Position numbers and translations under genes: made by a program | Source of the DNA: Candidatus Kapaibacterium sp. | GTDB taxonomy: Bacteria; Bacteroidota; Ignavibacteria; Kapaibacteriales; UBA961 | Reading direction: 5' to 3' | Assembly: GCA_023259575.1 (NCBI GenBank) | Contig: JALRHN010000001.1 | Coordinates: 1-41,401, forward strand | DNA length: 41,401 bases | In this document: in pieces, positions 9,136 through 20,329 of the stretch | Position numbering within the stretch: the first letter of the stretch is position 1 | Layout: each line of letters begins with the position of its first letter | The notes under the pieces: generated by a model | What the model was told of the DNA's origin: nothing | Seen by the model: the letters and a program-made list of their open reading frames with translations, nothing else | Databases searched by the model: none

Positions 9136-10965
9136 ATGAGCAAAACCAAAGTACAATTTTCTGATATATTAGGTGTAAAACCGATTGTTACATCTGGTTC
9201 AATCGAGATAGAATTACAATCTAGAGGATATAAGGATTTCCCTGTAGAGATTTATAATTTGAAAAATCCAGTGATTGTAGAGCATATCTATAGAGATTTT
9301 CTCAATGCAGGTGCAACTCTCTTATTAACTAATACTTTTCACGCAAACAGAATTACTCTGGAACAAGCTGGCTTAAGTGATAAAGTATATGAAATCAATA
9401 GAAAAGCTGTGTGGATAGCCAGAACAGTAGCTCTGCAAAATGCTTATGTAGCTGGTGTGATTGGCCCTACGGGAAAATTTTTTGTCCCAATTGGTACTTT
9501 AACAGAAGATGAAGCATTACAAGTATTTATAGAACAAGCAGTTGCATTATTAGATGGTGGAGCAGAATTAATAATGCTCAAATCATTTATAGATATCATT
9601 GAATTAGAAATTGCTATTAAAGCCATTCGCTCTGTTCATAATGATATACCTATTATAGCATTAAAAACATTTCCCGAGGATGGTAGTGTTTTAGCTACTT
9701 CTTATCCATCTGATATTGCATATAGACTCGAAAAATATGGTGTTTTAGCTATCGGAAGTAGCGGAACAGTTGGGCCTCAAAGAATGTGCGATATCATAAG
9801 AGCACTTTCTGTTACTTCTATTCCTTTGTGTGCCTTACCAGAAATCGCTATTCCAACTCTAGTAGATGGTCGTGCTGTTTACAATGCAGAGGTTGCTTAT
9901 GTTGCCTCTGTTGCTGTTTCTTTGGTACAGGGCGGTGCATGTATTATCGGAGCCGATGGTGGTGCTTCTGTTCAACATATAAAAGCAATAGCAGACGCAG
10001 TACAAAATTGTATTCCTGGATCATCTAAATATATTCCCAAGCTGATAAAAGAAGTAAATACATTAGCTGTTGATTCAGATAAAGTTTCTTCATTTGCCGA
10101 AAAAATTGGAAAGAAGTTTTTAACTACTGTAGAAGTAGAAATACCACGAGGAATAGATATTTCCAATGTAATACAAGCTGCTTCCTATTTAAAAGAACAA
10201 GGTATAGATGCAATAAATGTTTTTGACGGTGCACGGGCAAGGGTAAGAATCAATCCTATAGCAGCCTCTTATATGATTTCATCTGCTACTGGAATGGAGT
10301 GTATTACTCATATTGCCTGTAGAGACAGAAATATGGTTGGTTTGCAATCAGATTTAATAGGAGCATATGCTTTAGGAGTAAAGAATATTTTAGCTGTTAC
10401 AGGAGATCCAACATCAATTGGTGATTATCCTTTTGCAACTTCAGTTTATGATGTTGATTCTATTGGATTAATAAGAGCTGTAAATAGAATGAATCATGGT
10501 ATGGATTTAATGGGCAATCCGCTGGGTAGATCTACACGATTCCTTATTACTTGTGCTGCCAATCCTGCGGCAGATGATATAGAAAGAGAAATCAAACGAT
10601 TAGAAAAAAAGGCTCAGGAAGGAGCTACCATGTATTTTACTCAGCCTGTTTTTGATATAAAAACATTAGAGTATTTTCTTGATGCTACAAAACATCTTTC
10701 TATGCAATGTATTCTTGGGATAATTCCATTAAGAAGCACTAAACATGCAGAATTCTTACACTATGAAGTGCCTGGAATGGTTGTTCCAGAGTGGGTGAGA
10801 AAAAAGCTAAAAGACGCCAATACTGAAAGTGGAATTGAAGGTATGAATATTGCGATAGAATTTTTAAAGCAAGCAAAACATCTTGTTCAAGGCGTATACA
10901 TTATGCCGCCTGCAAAAAAATATGATATGGCAATAAATATCTTGCATGCAGCTGATATTCTGTAA
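9136..10965 (+). CDS. Fusion protein: N-terminal homocysteine S-methyltransferase-like domain (apparently degenerate) and C-terminal methylenetetrahydrofolate reductase (YitJ-like architecture)
   Basis: 609 aa. The N-terminal half aligns to the MetH/BHMT Hcy-binding domain (AGATLLLTNTFHAN, YVAGVIGPTG, GGAELIMLKSF). The C-terminal half has MTHFR motifs (HIACRDRN, GVKNILAVTGDPT, FTQPVFD). Confidence 0.85.
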   Translation: MSKTKVQFSDILGVKPIVTSGSIEIELQSRGYKDFPVEIYNLKNPVIVEHIYRDFLNAGATLLLTNTFHANRITLEQAGLSDKVYEINRKAVWIARTVALQNAYVAGVIGPTGKFFVPIGTLTEDEALQVFIEQAVALLDGGAELIMLKSFIDIIELEIAIKAIRSVHNDIPIIALKTFPEDGSVLATSYPSDIAYRLEKYGVLAIGSSGTVGPQRMCDIIRALSVTSIPLCALPEIAIPTLVDGRAVYNAEVAYVASVAVSLVQGGACIIGADGGASVQHIKAIADAVQNCIPGSSKYIPKLIKEVNTLAVDSDKVSSFAEKIGKKFLTTVEVEIPRGIDISNVIQAASYLKEQGIDAINVFDGARARVRINPIAASYMISSATGMECITHIACRDRNMVGLQSDLIGAYALGVKNILAVTGDPTSIGDYPFATSVYDVDSIGLIRAVNRMNHGMDLMGNPLGRSTRFLITCAANPAADDIEREIKRLEKKAQEGATMYFTQPVFDIKTLEYFLDATKHLSMQCILGIIPLRSTKHAEFLHYEVPGMVVPEWVRKKLKDANTESGIEGMNIAIEFLKQAKHLVQGVYIMPPAKKYDMAINILHAADIL

Positions 10966-10983
10966 AGTATATATATAATAAAG

Positions 10984-11024
10984 AAAAAAGCCCTATTGGA
11001 AATATTGAGTCCAATAGGGCTTTT
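10984..11024. terminator. Bidirectional terminator between the MTHFR fusion gene and katG
   Basis: 12-bp perfect stem AGCCCTATTGGA (10989-11000) / TCCAATAGGGCT (11010-11021), flanked by an A-run upstream and a T-run downstream. Confidence 0.8.
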
Positions 11025-11039
11025 CTTATATACATCAGA

Positions 11040-13271
<2,232 letters not shown>

Positions 13272-13513
13272 CTAATTCATGAAATGATGAAAAATATATG
13301 TATGTAATTCTAATCGTTAATGTGTCTTATAATTGCTTGTATCGTAAGCAAAATTCGAGATTCGAGGGTAAATAATCAAGAAAGTTTAAACAAAAAAAAA
13401 TGATGTATGGTTTCTTAAATGTGCTAAATATTTATTGCTTTATAAAGGATGTTCATCATCCTGTATGAATTCATTAATTTGGTATGAACATATAATTTAT
13501 TTAAGGATTTATA

Positions 13514-15187
13514 ATGCAATTAGATCATCTTATAGAAAAGCATGCTAATACACTTAAGCAATCCGTAGAAGCCGTCCAATCCAGACAATTCTATGCACAT
13601 TGGCCAGAGCCTCCAAGTGGGAAAATTTATGGAGAAACAGCACAAGCCGATGGATTAGCTGCTTTTCAATCCTCATTACATTCTAGATTTGAATTACCTC
13701 ATCAAAATGGTTCTAGTGATTTTATAGGTGATGAGCAATCGCCATATGGTTTTCCTTTAGAAATCACATATCCTTCTTATGCTACAGACACATTAATAGA
13801 ACAAGCAGATAATGCTAAGCAAGAATGGAAGTCTTTTTCTACAGAATTACGTGCTGCAATTTTGATTGAATGTTTGGAAAGGGCTTCAAAGCATTTTTTT
13901 GAAATAGGTTTTGCAACAATGCACACAACAGGACAAGGTTTCATAATGGCTTTTCAGGCCTCTGGGCCTCATGCATTTGATAGGGCTTTGGAAGCAATTG
14001 CAACTGGCTATATGACAATTAATCAATTTTGTTCAGAAACAAGCTGGACAAAACCTATGGGTAAATTTGAAGTTACTCTTCAAAAGTCATTTCGAATTAT
14101 TCCTAAGGGCATAAATGTTACCATAGGTTGTTCTACTTTTCCTATATGGAATTCATTCCCTGGAATATTTGCATCATTAATAACTGGTAATACTTCTATT
14201 GCAAAAGCTCATCCAAGAGCTATTCTTCCTATTGCAATATGTATTAAATCTTTCCAAGATACTTTAGTGTCATTGGGATTAAATCCACATATCATTCAAT
14301 TGGCAGTTGATTCATTAGAAGAACCAATAACAATGCAATTAGCTAAAAATCATAAAGTTGCTTTAATTGATTATACAGGAAGTTCTCATTTTGGCTCTAT
14401 TTTAGAGCAAGAAATATCTGGTACACAAAAGAATATTTTTACCGAAAAAGCTGGTGTGAATTCTGTGCTTATAGCAGAAGCTAATTCTTTAGATGCTGTT
14501 TTAGATAATTTAGCTTTTAGTGTATCATTATATAGTGGACAAATGTGCACAGCGCCACAAAACTTTTATATTCCTAAACAGGGTGTAAAAGTAGGTGATT
14601 CTTTTATTTCTTATGATGAGGTAATGAAAGCTTTTGCTGAAAAAGTACAAGCACTTGTTCTGAATGAAAAGATGGGTCCTGGTACTTTAGGTGCTTTACA
14701 AAATCCTGCTGTATTAGAGAGAGTGAATGCAGTAAGAAAAACAGGGCTTCCAATTGTATTAGATTCTCATGAAGTAAAACATCAAGGTTTTGACAAAGCT
14801 ATGTCTGTTTCACCAATTATTTTATCTGCTACGATGTCTGATTCAGATATTTATGAGCAAGAGTGGTTTGGCCCTATATGTTTTATGATCAAAGTAGAAG
14901 ATATTCATCAAGGAATAGATCTTATCAGTTCTAGTATCAAAAAGCATGGTGCATTATCTACAGCTGTATATATAATAAATCATGAAGATTTATCCTATGC
15001 GGAAGAACAGATAACAATGGCGGGAGCGCCCTTAGCATGTAATTTAACTGGTCCTATTTGGGTAAATCAATCGGCAGCTTTTAGTGATTTTCATGGTACA
15101 GGAGCTAATCCTGCTGGTAATGCTTCATTTACAGACATTACATTTATAAGTTCAAGATATAATATCATTGGTATTAGAAAAGCATAA
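13514..15187 (+). CDS. Aldehyde dehydrogenase superfamily protein, long PaaN-type (phenylacetate-pathway ring-opening ALDH-like)
   Basis: 557 aa with the ALDH catalytic Glu context FTEKAGVN and the catalytic Cys context SGQMCTAPQNFY. Length and the N-terminal region (QFYAHWPEPPSGKIYGE) resemble PaaN-type proteins. No other paa genes are nearby. Confidence 0.65.
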   Translation: MQLDHLIEKHANTLKQSVEAVQSRQFYAHWPEPPSGKIYGETAQADGLAAFQSSLHSRFELPHQNGSSDFIGDEQSPYGFPLEITYPSYATDTLIEQADNAKQEWKSFSTELRAAILIECLERASKHFFEIGFATMHTTGQGFIMAFQASGPHAFDRALEAIATGYMTINQFCSETSWTKPMGKFEVTLQKSFRIIPKGINVTIGCSTFPIWNSFPGIFASLITGNTSIAKAHPRAILPIAICIKSFQDTLVSLGLNPHIIQLAVDSLEEPITMQLAKNHKVALIDYTGSSHFGSILEQEISGTQKNIFTEKAGVNSVLIAEANSLDAVLDNLAFSVSLYSGQMCTAPQNFYIPKQGVKVGDSFISYDEVMKAFAEKVQALVLNEKMGPGTLGALQNPAVLERVNAVRKTGLPIVLDSHEVKHQGFDKAMSVSPIILSATMSDSDIYEQEWFGPICFMIKVEDIHQGIDLISSSIKKHGALSTAVYIINHEDLSYAEEQITMAGAPLACNLTGPIWVNQSAAFSDFHGTGANPAGNASFTDITFISSRYNIIGIRKA

Positions 15188-15194
15188 AAAAAAA

Positions 15195-15219
15195 GCCATC
15201 TGAAAAGATGGCTTTTTTT
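15195..15219. terminator. Bidirectional terminator between convergent dehydrogenase genes
   Basis: GCCATC-tgaaaa-GATGGC is flanked by A9 upstream and T7 downstream. Confidence 0.7.
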
Positions 15220-15225
15220 ATTTTT

Positions 15226-16770
15226 TTACTTCTTTTCACTTATTGTTTTTGCCTGCATAAACAATAGCATATAATCTCTACCACCAGCTTTAGAATCTGT
15301 GCCACTCATATTAAAACCTCCAAAAGGATGAGCGCCTACTAATGCGCCTGTACATTTGCGGTTTAAGTATAAATTGCCACAATGAAATTCTTGTTCAGCT
15401 TTGGCTAATTTCTTTTTATTGCTTGTATATACAGCACCTGTTAATCCAAACATGGTATTATTCGCAATTTCTAAAGAATGTTCAAAGTTTTTAGATTTGA
15501 TAACAGCTAAAACTGGTCCAAAAATCTCTTCTTGAGAAATCCTAGCCATTGGATCGATGTCGGTAAAAACTGTTGGTTTTATAAAATAACCATTCATTCC
15601 TTTCATTTTTTCTCCTCCTGTGAGAAGATTGCCTTCTTTTTTACCAATTTCTATATACTGTAAAATTGATTTTTCGGCTTTGGCAGAAACTACAGGGCCC
15701 ATAAAATGATTATCTGCTGGATTGCCTTGAACTAAAGCCTCTACAGCTGGTTTTAATTTAGCTACAAATTCCTTGTACACTTTAGTATCTACAATTACTC
15801 TAGAGCAAGCAGAGCATTTTTGACCTTGAAATCCAAATGCTGCAGCTACTGTCCCTTTAACTGCATCATCAATGTCTGCTTCGGAATCGATAATCATACT
15901 ATCTTTTCCACCCATTTCTGCGATTACTCTTTTAATCCAGATTTGTCCAGGACTTGTTTTTGCAGCTAATTCATTTATTCTTAAACCTACTTCCATAGAA
16001 CCAGTAAAAGAGATAAAACGAGTTTTTGGATGTTCAACTAAATAATCTCCAGCTTCTGCTCCAGAAGCAACTACATAATTGAGAACACCTTTTGGCAAAC
16101 CAAGATTATTCATGATATCAGCAAATAACCATCCCATCATAGGAGAATCAGATGATGGTTTTAATACAATTGTATTGCCAGCTGCAATTGCTGCACAAGC
16201 AGTTCCAATTAATATCGCAAAAGGAAAATTCCAAGGTGGAATAATTACTCCAACTCCTAATGGAATATAAATCATCTTATTTTTTTCACCTTTTACAGGT
16301 GTAATGGGTTGTTTTTCTGAATATCTTAATACTTCTCTGCCATAAAATTCTAAAAAGTCTATGGCTTCGCATGTATCTGCATCAGCTTCAAGGAAATTCT
16401 TACCAACTTCAGAAATCATCCATGCATTGATTTCTAAGCGACGTTTACGAATAATATTTGCAGCTTTAAATAAAAACTCTGCACGTTTTTTTACGGGAAC
16501 AAATTTCCATGTTTCAAATGCCTTTTGAGCTGCTTGCATAGCTGCTTCAGCATCATCTTTTCCAGATTTCTGAAAAATCCCGATCGTTTCATCAATGTTT
16601 GCAGGATTGAGAGAAATGGTTTTAGCTGAAGTTTTTACAGCTTTTCCATTAATAAAGTTTGGATATTCCTTGCCAAAATTTGCTCTAACAGAAAGTAGCG
16701 CTTTTTTTTGTTTTTTTTCAATAATTGGATCGGTGAAATCTAGAAAGACTTCGTTCTTAAACTCTTTCAT
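15226..16770 (-). CDS. pruA: L-glutamate gamma-semialdehyde (1-pyrroline-5-carboxylate) dehydrogenase
   Basis: 514 aa ALDH with AEMGGKD (catalytic Glu) and FGFQGQKCSACSR (catalytic Cys). Length and sequence resemble RocA/PruA-type P5CDH. Confidence 0.8.
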   Translation of the reverse strand: MKEFKNEVFLDFTDPIIEKKQKKALLSVRANFGKEYPNFINGKAVKTSAKTISLNPANIDETIGIFQKSGKDDAEAAMQAAQKAFETWKFVPVKKRAEFLFKAANIIRKRRLEINAWMISEVGKNFLEADADTCEAIDFLEFYGREVLRYSEKQPITPVKGEKNKMIYIPLGVGVIIPPWNFPFAILIGTACAAIAAGNTIVLKPSSDSPMMGWLFADIMNNLGLPKGVLNYVVASGAEAGDYLVEHPKTRFISFTGSMEVGLRINELAAKTSPGQIWIKRVIAEMGGKDSMIIDSEADIDDAVKGTVAAAFGFQGQKCSACSRVIVDTKVYKEFVAKLKPAVEALVQGNPADNHFMGPVVSAKAEKSILQYIEIGKKEGNLLTGGEKMKGMNGYFIKPTVFTDIDPMARISQEEIFGPVLAVIKSKNFEHSLEIANNTMFGLTGAVYTSNKKKLAKAEQEFHCGNLYLNRKCTGALVGAHPFGGFNMSGTDSKAGGRDYMLLFMQAKTISEKK

Positions 16771-16805
16771 ATCAATAACTTATATATAATGTAAAAAAGG
16801 GGATT

Positions 16806-17264
16806 CTAACTGTTTTGATTGAAAATCAATATATATTGTCTAGTAATTAATACACATGCAAACAATAAAAATATCCAAGTAATAAACCATGAAATATGTT
16901 TACCATGGGTATTTTTTTTAAACCATAACACTTCAAATTTTTGAATTTCTTCGGGTATATCGGATGACTGGATGTCTATGATATTTTTATGTAAAGTCAT
17001 TGCTTTTTGTGACAGAACAGTAATCCTGTCTAATTGTCTTTTATAATCAAGTCCCCACAAAGTAAGAAGTAAAACATAAATCTGATATTGCTGAAGTTTG
17101 AACAATTCATGAGTTTTTTGATGTATTATTGATTCGGGTAAATACAATAAAAACCAAGAGCATCCAGCAATTGCAAATAATACTGATGTTATCCGCTTTA
17201 GAAGATATCGTTCTTTATGATATAATGCTTCTATGGATGGAGATTCAAGAATCTGATATTTCAT
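16806..17264 (-). CDS. Small hypothetical membrane protein (about 3 TM segments)
   Basis: ORF with hydrophobic segments ITSVLFAIAGCSWFLLYL, IYVLLLTLWGL and ISWFITWIFLLFACVLIT. No motif was recognised. The ATG at 17264 (MKYQIL...) is preferred over the upstream non-ATG start at 17291. Confidence 0.45.
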   Translation of the reverse strand: MKYQILESPSIEALYHKERYLLKRITSVLFAIAGCSWFLLYLPESIIHQKTHELFKLQQYQIYVLLLTLWGLDYKRQLDRITVLSQKAMTLHKNIIDIQSSDIPEEIQKFEVLWFKKNTHGKHISWFITWIFLLFACVLITRQYILIFNQNS

Positions 17265-17407
17265 AGTGAGTCTGCTGTGTAAAAATAGCAAGCTATTTCT
17301 GCTTGAATTATTGTAAAAATAGGGACTTATTATCTGATTAGTATATACTTTATTCTTTTTTCTCTATGTTTTATCTATAACTATGATTATCTACGCAATG
17401 TTTCAGG

Positions 17408-17415
17408 TATTTTTG
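17408..17415 (+). promoter_or_regulatory. Possible Bacteroidetes-type -7 promoter element (TAnnTTTG)
   Basis: TATTTTTG lies 33 nt upstream of the ATG at 17448. Confidence 0.35.
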
Positions 17416-17447
17416 CACATAACTCTTTTACTTTCTATATCAGCACA

Positions 17448-18002
17448 ATGCAAACATTTCATCTAGGATCTTCAGCAGCAACAATTTTGCCCTATAAAAA
17501 TATATATCCAACAATTGATTCTTCAGTATTGATATGTGATGGAGCAAGAATCATAGGAGATATTGTCATACAAGAGAATTCCTCTATTTGGTATAATGCA
17601 ATAATAAGAGGTGATGTATATCCAATCAGGATTGGCAAAAGAACAAATATTCAAGATGGTTCAATTTTACATGTTACAACAGATACATATGCATTAACGA
17701 TTGGAGATGATGTTACAATTGGACATGGGGCAATAGTTCATGGAGCCACCATTGGAAATAGATGTTTGATAGGAATGGGAGCTATTATATTAGATGGATC
17801 AGTCATTGAAGATGATACAATTATAGCAGCTGGAACTGTTATTAAGCCAGGAATGCATATACCTAGCGGTATTATGTGTGCAGGAATTCCAGGAAAAAAA
17901 ATGCGAGATATTACCGATAAAGAAAGACAAGGCTTTATAGAGCAAGCAGCTCATTATATGGAAGTGGCAAAGGAATATAAACAAGTATATGGACAAATAT
18001 AG
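17448..18002 (+). CDS. Gamma-class carbonic anhydrase family protein (left-handed beta-helix; YrdA/PaaY-like)
   Basis: 184 aa with hexapeptide repeats. SSIWYNAIIRGDVYPIRIGKRTNIQDGSILH and the metal-ligand His pattern (HV..., GHGAIVHG) are present. Confidence 0.85.
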   Translation: MQTFHLGSSAATILPYKNIYPTIDSSVLICDGARIIGDIVIQENSSIWYNAIIRGDVYPIRIGKRTNIQDGSILHVTTDTYALTIGDDVTIGHGAIVHGATIGNRCLIGMGAIILDGSVIEDDTIIAAGTVIKPGMHIPSGIMCAGIPGKKMRDITDKERQGFIEQAAHYMEVAKEYKQVYGQI

Positions 18003-18011
18003 TATGTATAA

Positions 18012-19037
18012 TTATCGGATTGGTTCTACAAATCCGATTTTTTTATACACTTTTCTTAGTGTCTTAAAAGCTTGTTTACTTGCCTTTTGTGCTCCACTTT
18101 TTAAAAGAATAGATATTTCATCAGGATGAGATCTTAAATCATTAAATGTATTTCTGATTGGTGAGATTAATCCAACCAAAGCATTCCCAACAGCCTCTTT
18201 AAATGGTGCATATCCAAGGCCTGCAAATTCAGCTTCGATATCTTTAATTGATTTGCCAGTAGCAACATGATATAAAGTGATAAGATTTGAGACACCTGGC
18301 CTATTTTCTGTATCGAATACAATATCAGTGCCTGAATCGGTTACTGCTCTTTTGATTTTATTCATAATGATAGCATCATCATCATGAAGAAAAATACAAG
18401 AATTGGAATTTGGATCTGATTTAGACATTTTTTTCCATGGTTCTTGTAAGCTCATAATCCGAGCACCTTCTTTGGCTATAAAAGGTTCTGGAACAGTAAA
18501 TGTGGGGGAATACAAATGATTAAAACGTTCGGCAAGATTTCTAGTTAATTCTATATGTTGTTTTTGATCATCACCAACTGGAACTAAATCTGCTTGATAT
18601 AAAAGGATATCTGCTGCCATTAAAACAGGATAAGAAAATAATCCAACATTTATATTATCGCTATGTTGTTGTGATTTATCCTTGAATTGCGTCATTCTTT
18701 GAGCTTCGCCAAAACCAGTGAAACAATTTAATATCCAAGCTAATTGGGCATGCTCTGTAACATGTGATTGAATAAATAATGCGCTTTTTTCTGTATTTAT
18801 GCCACAAGCAGCATACATTGCCACCACATCTAAAGAACGTCTTCTTAAATCCGCAGGGATTTGACGTGATGTTATAGCATGCATATCTGCAACCATAAAA
18901 TAACAATCATAATCTTCCTGTAATTGAACCCAATTGCGTATTGCCCCAGCATAATGGCCAATTGTCAAATCTCCACTTGCTTGAATGCCACTTAAGATGA
19001 TTTTCTTATTCTCAGTTTCTGTTATTTCTGGTTTCAT
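18012..19037 (-). CDS. trpS: Tryptophan--tRNA ligase
   Basis: 341 aa class I aaRS with a HIGH-type motif (TIGHYAGA) and KMSKS. Overall similarity is to TrpRS. Confidence 0.95.
   Translation of the reverse strand: MKPEITETENKKIILSGIQASGDLTIGHYAGAIRNWVQLQEDYDCYFMVADMHAITSRQIPADLRRRSLDVVAMYAACGINTEKSALFIQSHVTEHAQLAWILNCFTGFGEAQRMTQFKDKSQQHSDNINVGLFSYPVLMAADILLYQADLVPVGDDQKQHIELTRNLAERFNHLYSPTFTVPEPFIAKEGARIMSLQEPWKKMSKSDPNSNSCIFLHDDDAIIMNKIKRAVTDSGTDIVFDTENRPGVSNLITLYHVATGKSIKDIEAEFAGLGYAPFKEAVGNALVGLISPIRNTFNDLRSHPDEISILLKSGAQKASKQAFKTLRKVYKKIGFVEPIR
18014..18044 (+). terminator. Rho-independent terminator of the gamma-CA-like gene, embedded in the last codons of convergent trpS
   Basis: ATCGGATT (18014-18021), 9-nt loop, AATCCGAT (18031-18038), then six further T (18039-18044). 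It starts 12 nt after the + strand stop. Confidence 0.55.
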
Positions 19038-19180
19038 GATATCGCTTATACTTAAAATGATATAGCAAATATATGGTTTAGAAAGTATTTTTTTAAAGAT
19101 CTCTTGGTTAAAGATAAAATGGAATGATAGTTGTAGGGTTTATAATAGTTAATAAATACACAAATGAGTAGGATAAACGC

Positions 19181-20323
19181 TTGACTCAAGGTCCGATTAG
19201 TTCTTATTGGGAAAAAAGTGCACTTTCCCAAACCGATATATGTATTATCGGAGCCGGTATTATTGGATTATCTACTGCAATTTCTGCAGCATTAGCTTTT
19301 CCTAATAAACGTATTGTAGTATTAGAGCGTGGCCCTAGAACAATGGGTGCTACTACTAGAAATGCAGGTTTTGCTTGTTTTGGTAGTGCTTCTGAATTAT
19401 TGCATGATATGAAGATATTAGGTAATGATAAAGCCTTAGAAATAGCACAACAAAGGATAAAAGGACTTCAAATTTTAAGAAATCGATTTTCTGATGATCA
19501 CATTAAATATGAAATGCATGGCGGTTATGAAATTATCAGAGAAAAAGAAATGCATGTTCTTGATTCTCTTGATAGTTTGAATAAACATATGAGTCAGATT
19601 ACAGGATTAGAGTCCACATATACAGTTCTTAATCGTAGAGAGCATAGACGTTTGGGATTTGGACAATCCGTACAGGCAGTAATTTATAATCCACTAGAAG
19701 GACAAATTCATAGTGGGTATTTAATTCAAGCTATGGAAGCAAAAGCTCTATCTTTAGGAATTAGAATAGAATATGGAAGTAATGTTCTTGATTTAAAAGA
19801 GAATTCGAAAGTGATGGAGATAACTATTCAGACATTATTAGGTACATATTCAATGATTTCTAAAGAAACTGTTGTATGTACAAATGCTTGGATCTCTACA
19901 TTGGTACCTCAAATAGATATAAAACCTGGTAGGGGACAAATCATTGTAACGTCACCAATAGAAAATTTATCATTTACAGGTGCTTTTCATGTAGATGAAG
20001 GTTATTATTATTTCAGAAATATTGGCAAAAGAGTGCTTCTTGGTGGTGGTAGAAATCTCGATTTTGAAGGAGAATCTACCCATGAATTTGCTTCCACAGA
20101 CATCATTCAACAAGCATTATTAGAGATGTTGAAAGAAGATATACTACCAGGAAAATCTTTTACAATAGAATATAATTGGTCTGGCATTATGGGCTTTAGT
20201 AAAGATAAACAGTCTATTGTGCAAAGAGTATCTCCTCATTGTAGCATTGCATTTGGATGCAATGGAATGGGTATTGCTTTGGGCAGTTTAATAGGTGAAC
20301 AAGTAATTGAATTATTATCGTAA
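19181..20323 (+). CDS. FAD-dependent oxidoreductase (DAO family)
   Basis: 380 aa with the N-terminal dinucleotide fold ICIIGAGIIGLSTA. The start must be the TTG at 19181, because an in-frame TAG lies at 19169-19171 and there is no ATG before the GxGxxG motif. Confidence 0.8.
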   Translation: MTQGPISSYWEKSALSQTDICIIGAGIIGLSTAISAALAFPNKRIVVLERGPRTMGATTRNAGFACFGSASELLHDMKILGNDKALEIAQQRIKGLQILRNRFSDDHIKYEMHGGYEIIREKEMHVLDSLDSLNKHMSQITGLESTYTVLNRREHRRLGFGQSVQAVIYNPLEGQIHSGYLIQAMEAKALSLGIRIEYGSNVLDLKENSKVMEITIQTLLGTYSMISKETVVCTNAWISTLVPQIDIKPGRGQIIVTSPIENLSFTGAFHVDEGYYYFRNIGKRVLLGGGRNLDFEGESTHEFASTDIIQQALLEMLKEDILPGKSFTIEYNWSGIMGFSKDKQSIVQRVSPHCSIAFGCNGMGIALGSLIGEQVIELLS

Positions 20324-20329
20324 AGCTTT

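Noticed and set aside
9786-10028. 80-aa Cys-rich ORF (CCLQCRGCLCCLCCCFFG...) that superficially looks like a Cys-rich peptide
   Set aside because: It is an off-frame reading of GCT/GTT/TGC-rich codons inside the well-supported MTHFR-fusion gene. It is not an independent gene, unlike the in-frame Cys-rich segment at 23917-24108.
16806-17291. Upstream non-ATG start at 17291 for the small membrane protein
   Set aside because: The ATG at 17264 (MKYQIL...) is a more plausible start. The nine extra residues come from a non-ATG codon with no supporting signal.
13514-18002. PaaN-type ALDH together with a gamma-CA/PaaY-like protein as a remnant phenylacetate (paa) cluster
   Set aside because: The two genes are about 2.3 kb apart and separated by unrelated genes. 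No paaABCDE, paaK or paaG/H/J genes are present. Gamma-CA-like proteins are ubiquitous, so the association is most likely coincidental.
19093-19115. Direct repeat TTAAAGAT x2 (15-bp period) in the trpS/oxidoreductase intergenic region
   Set aside because: An 8-mer repeat in very AT-rich DNA is expected by chance. There is no symmetry or other supporting context.
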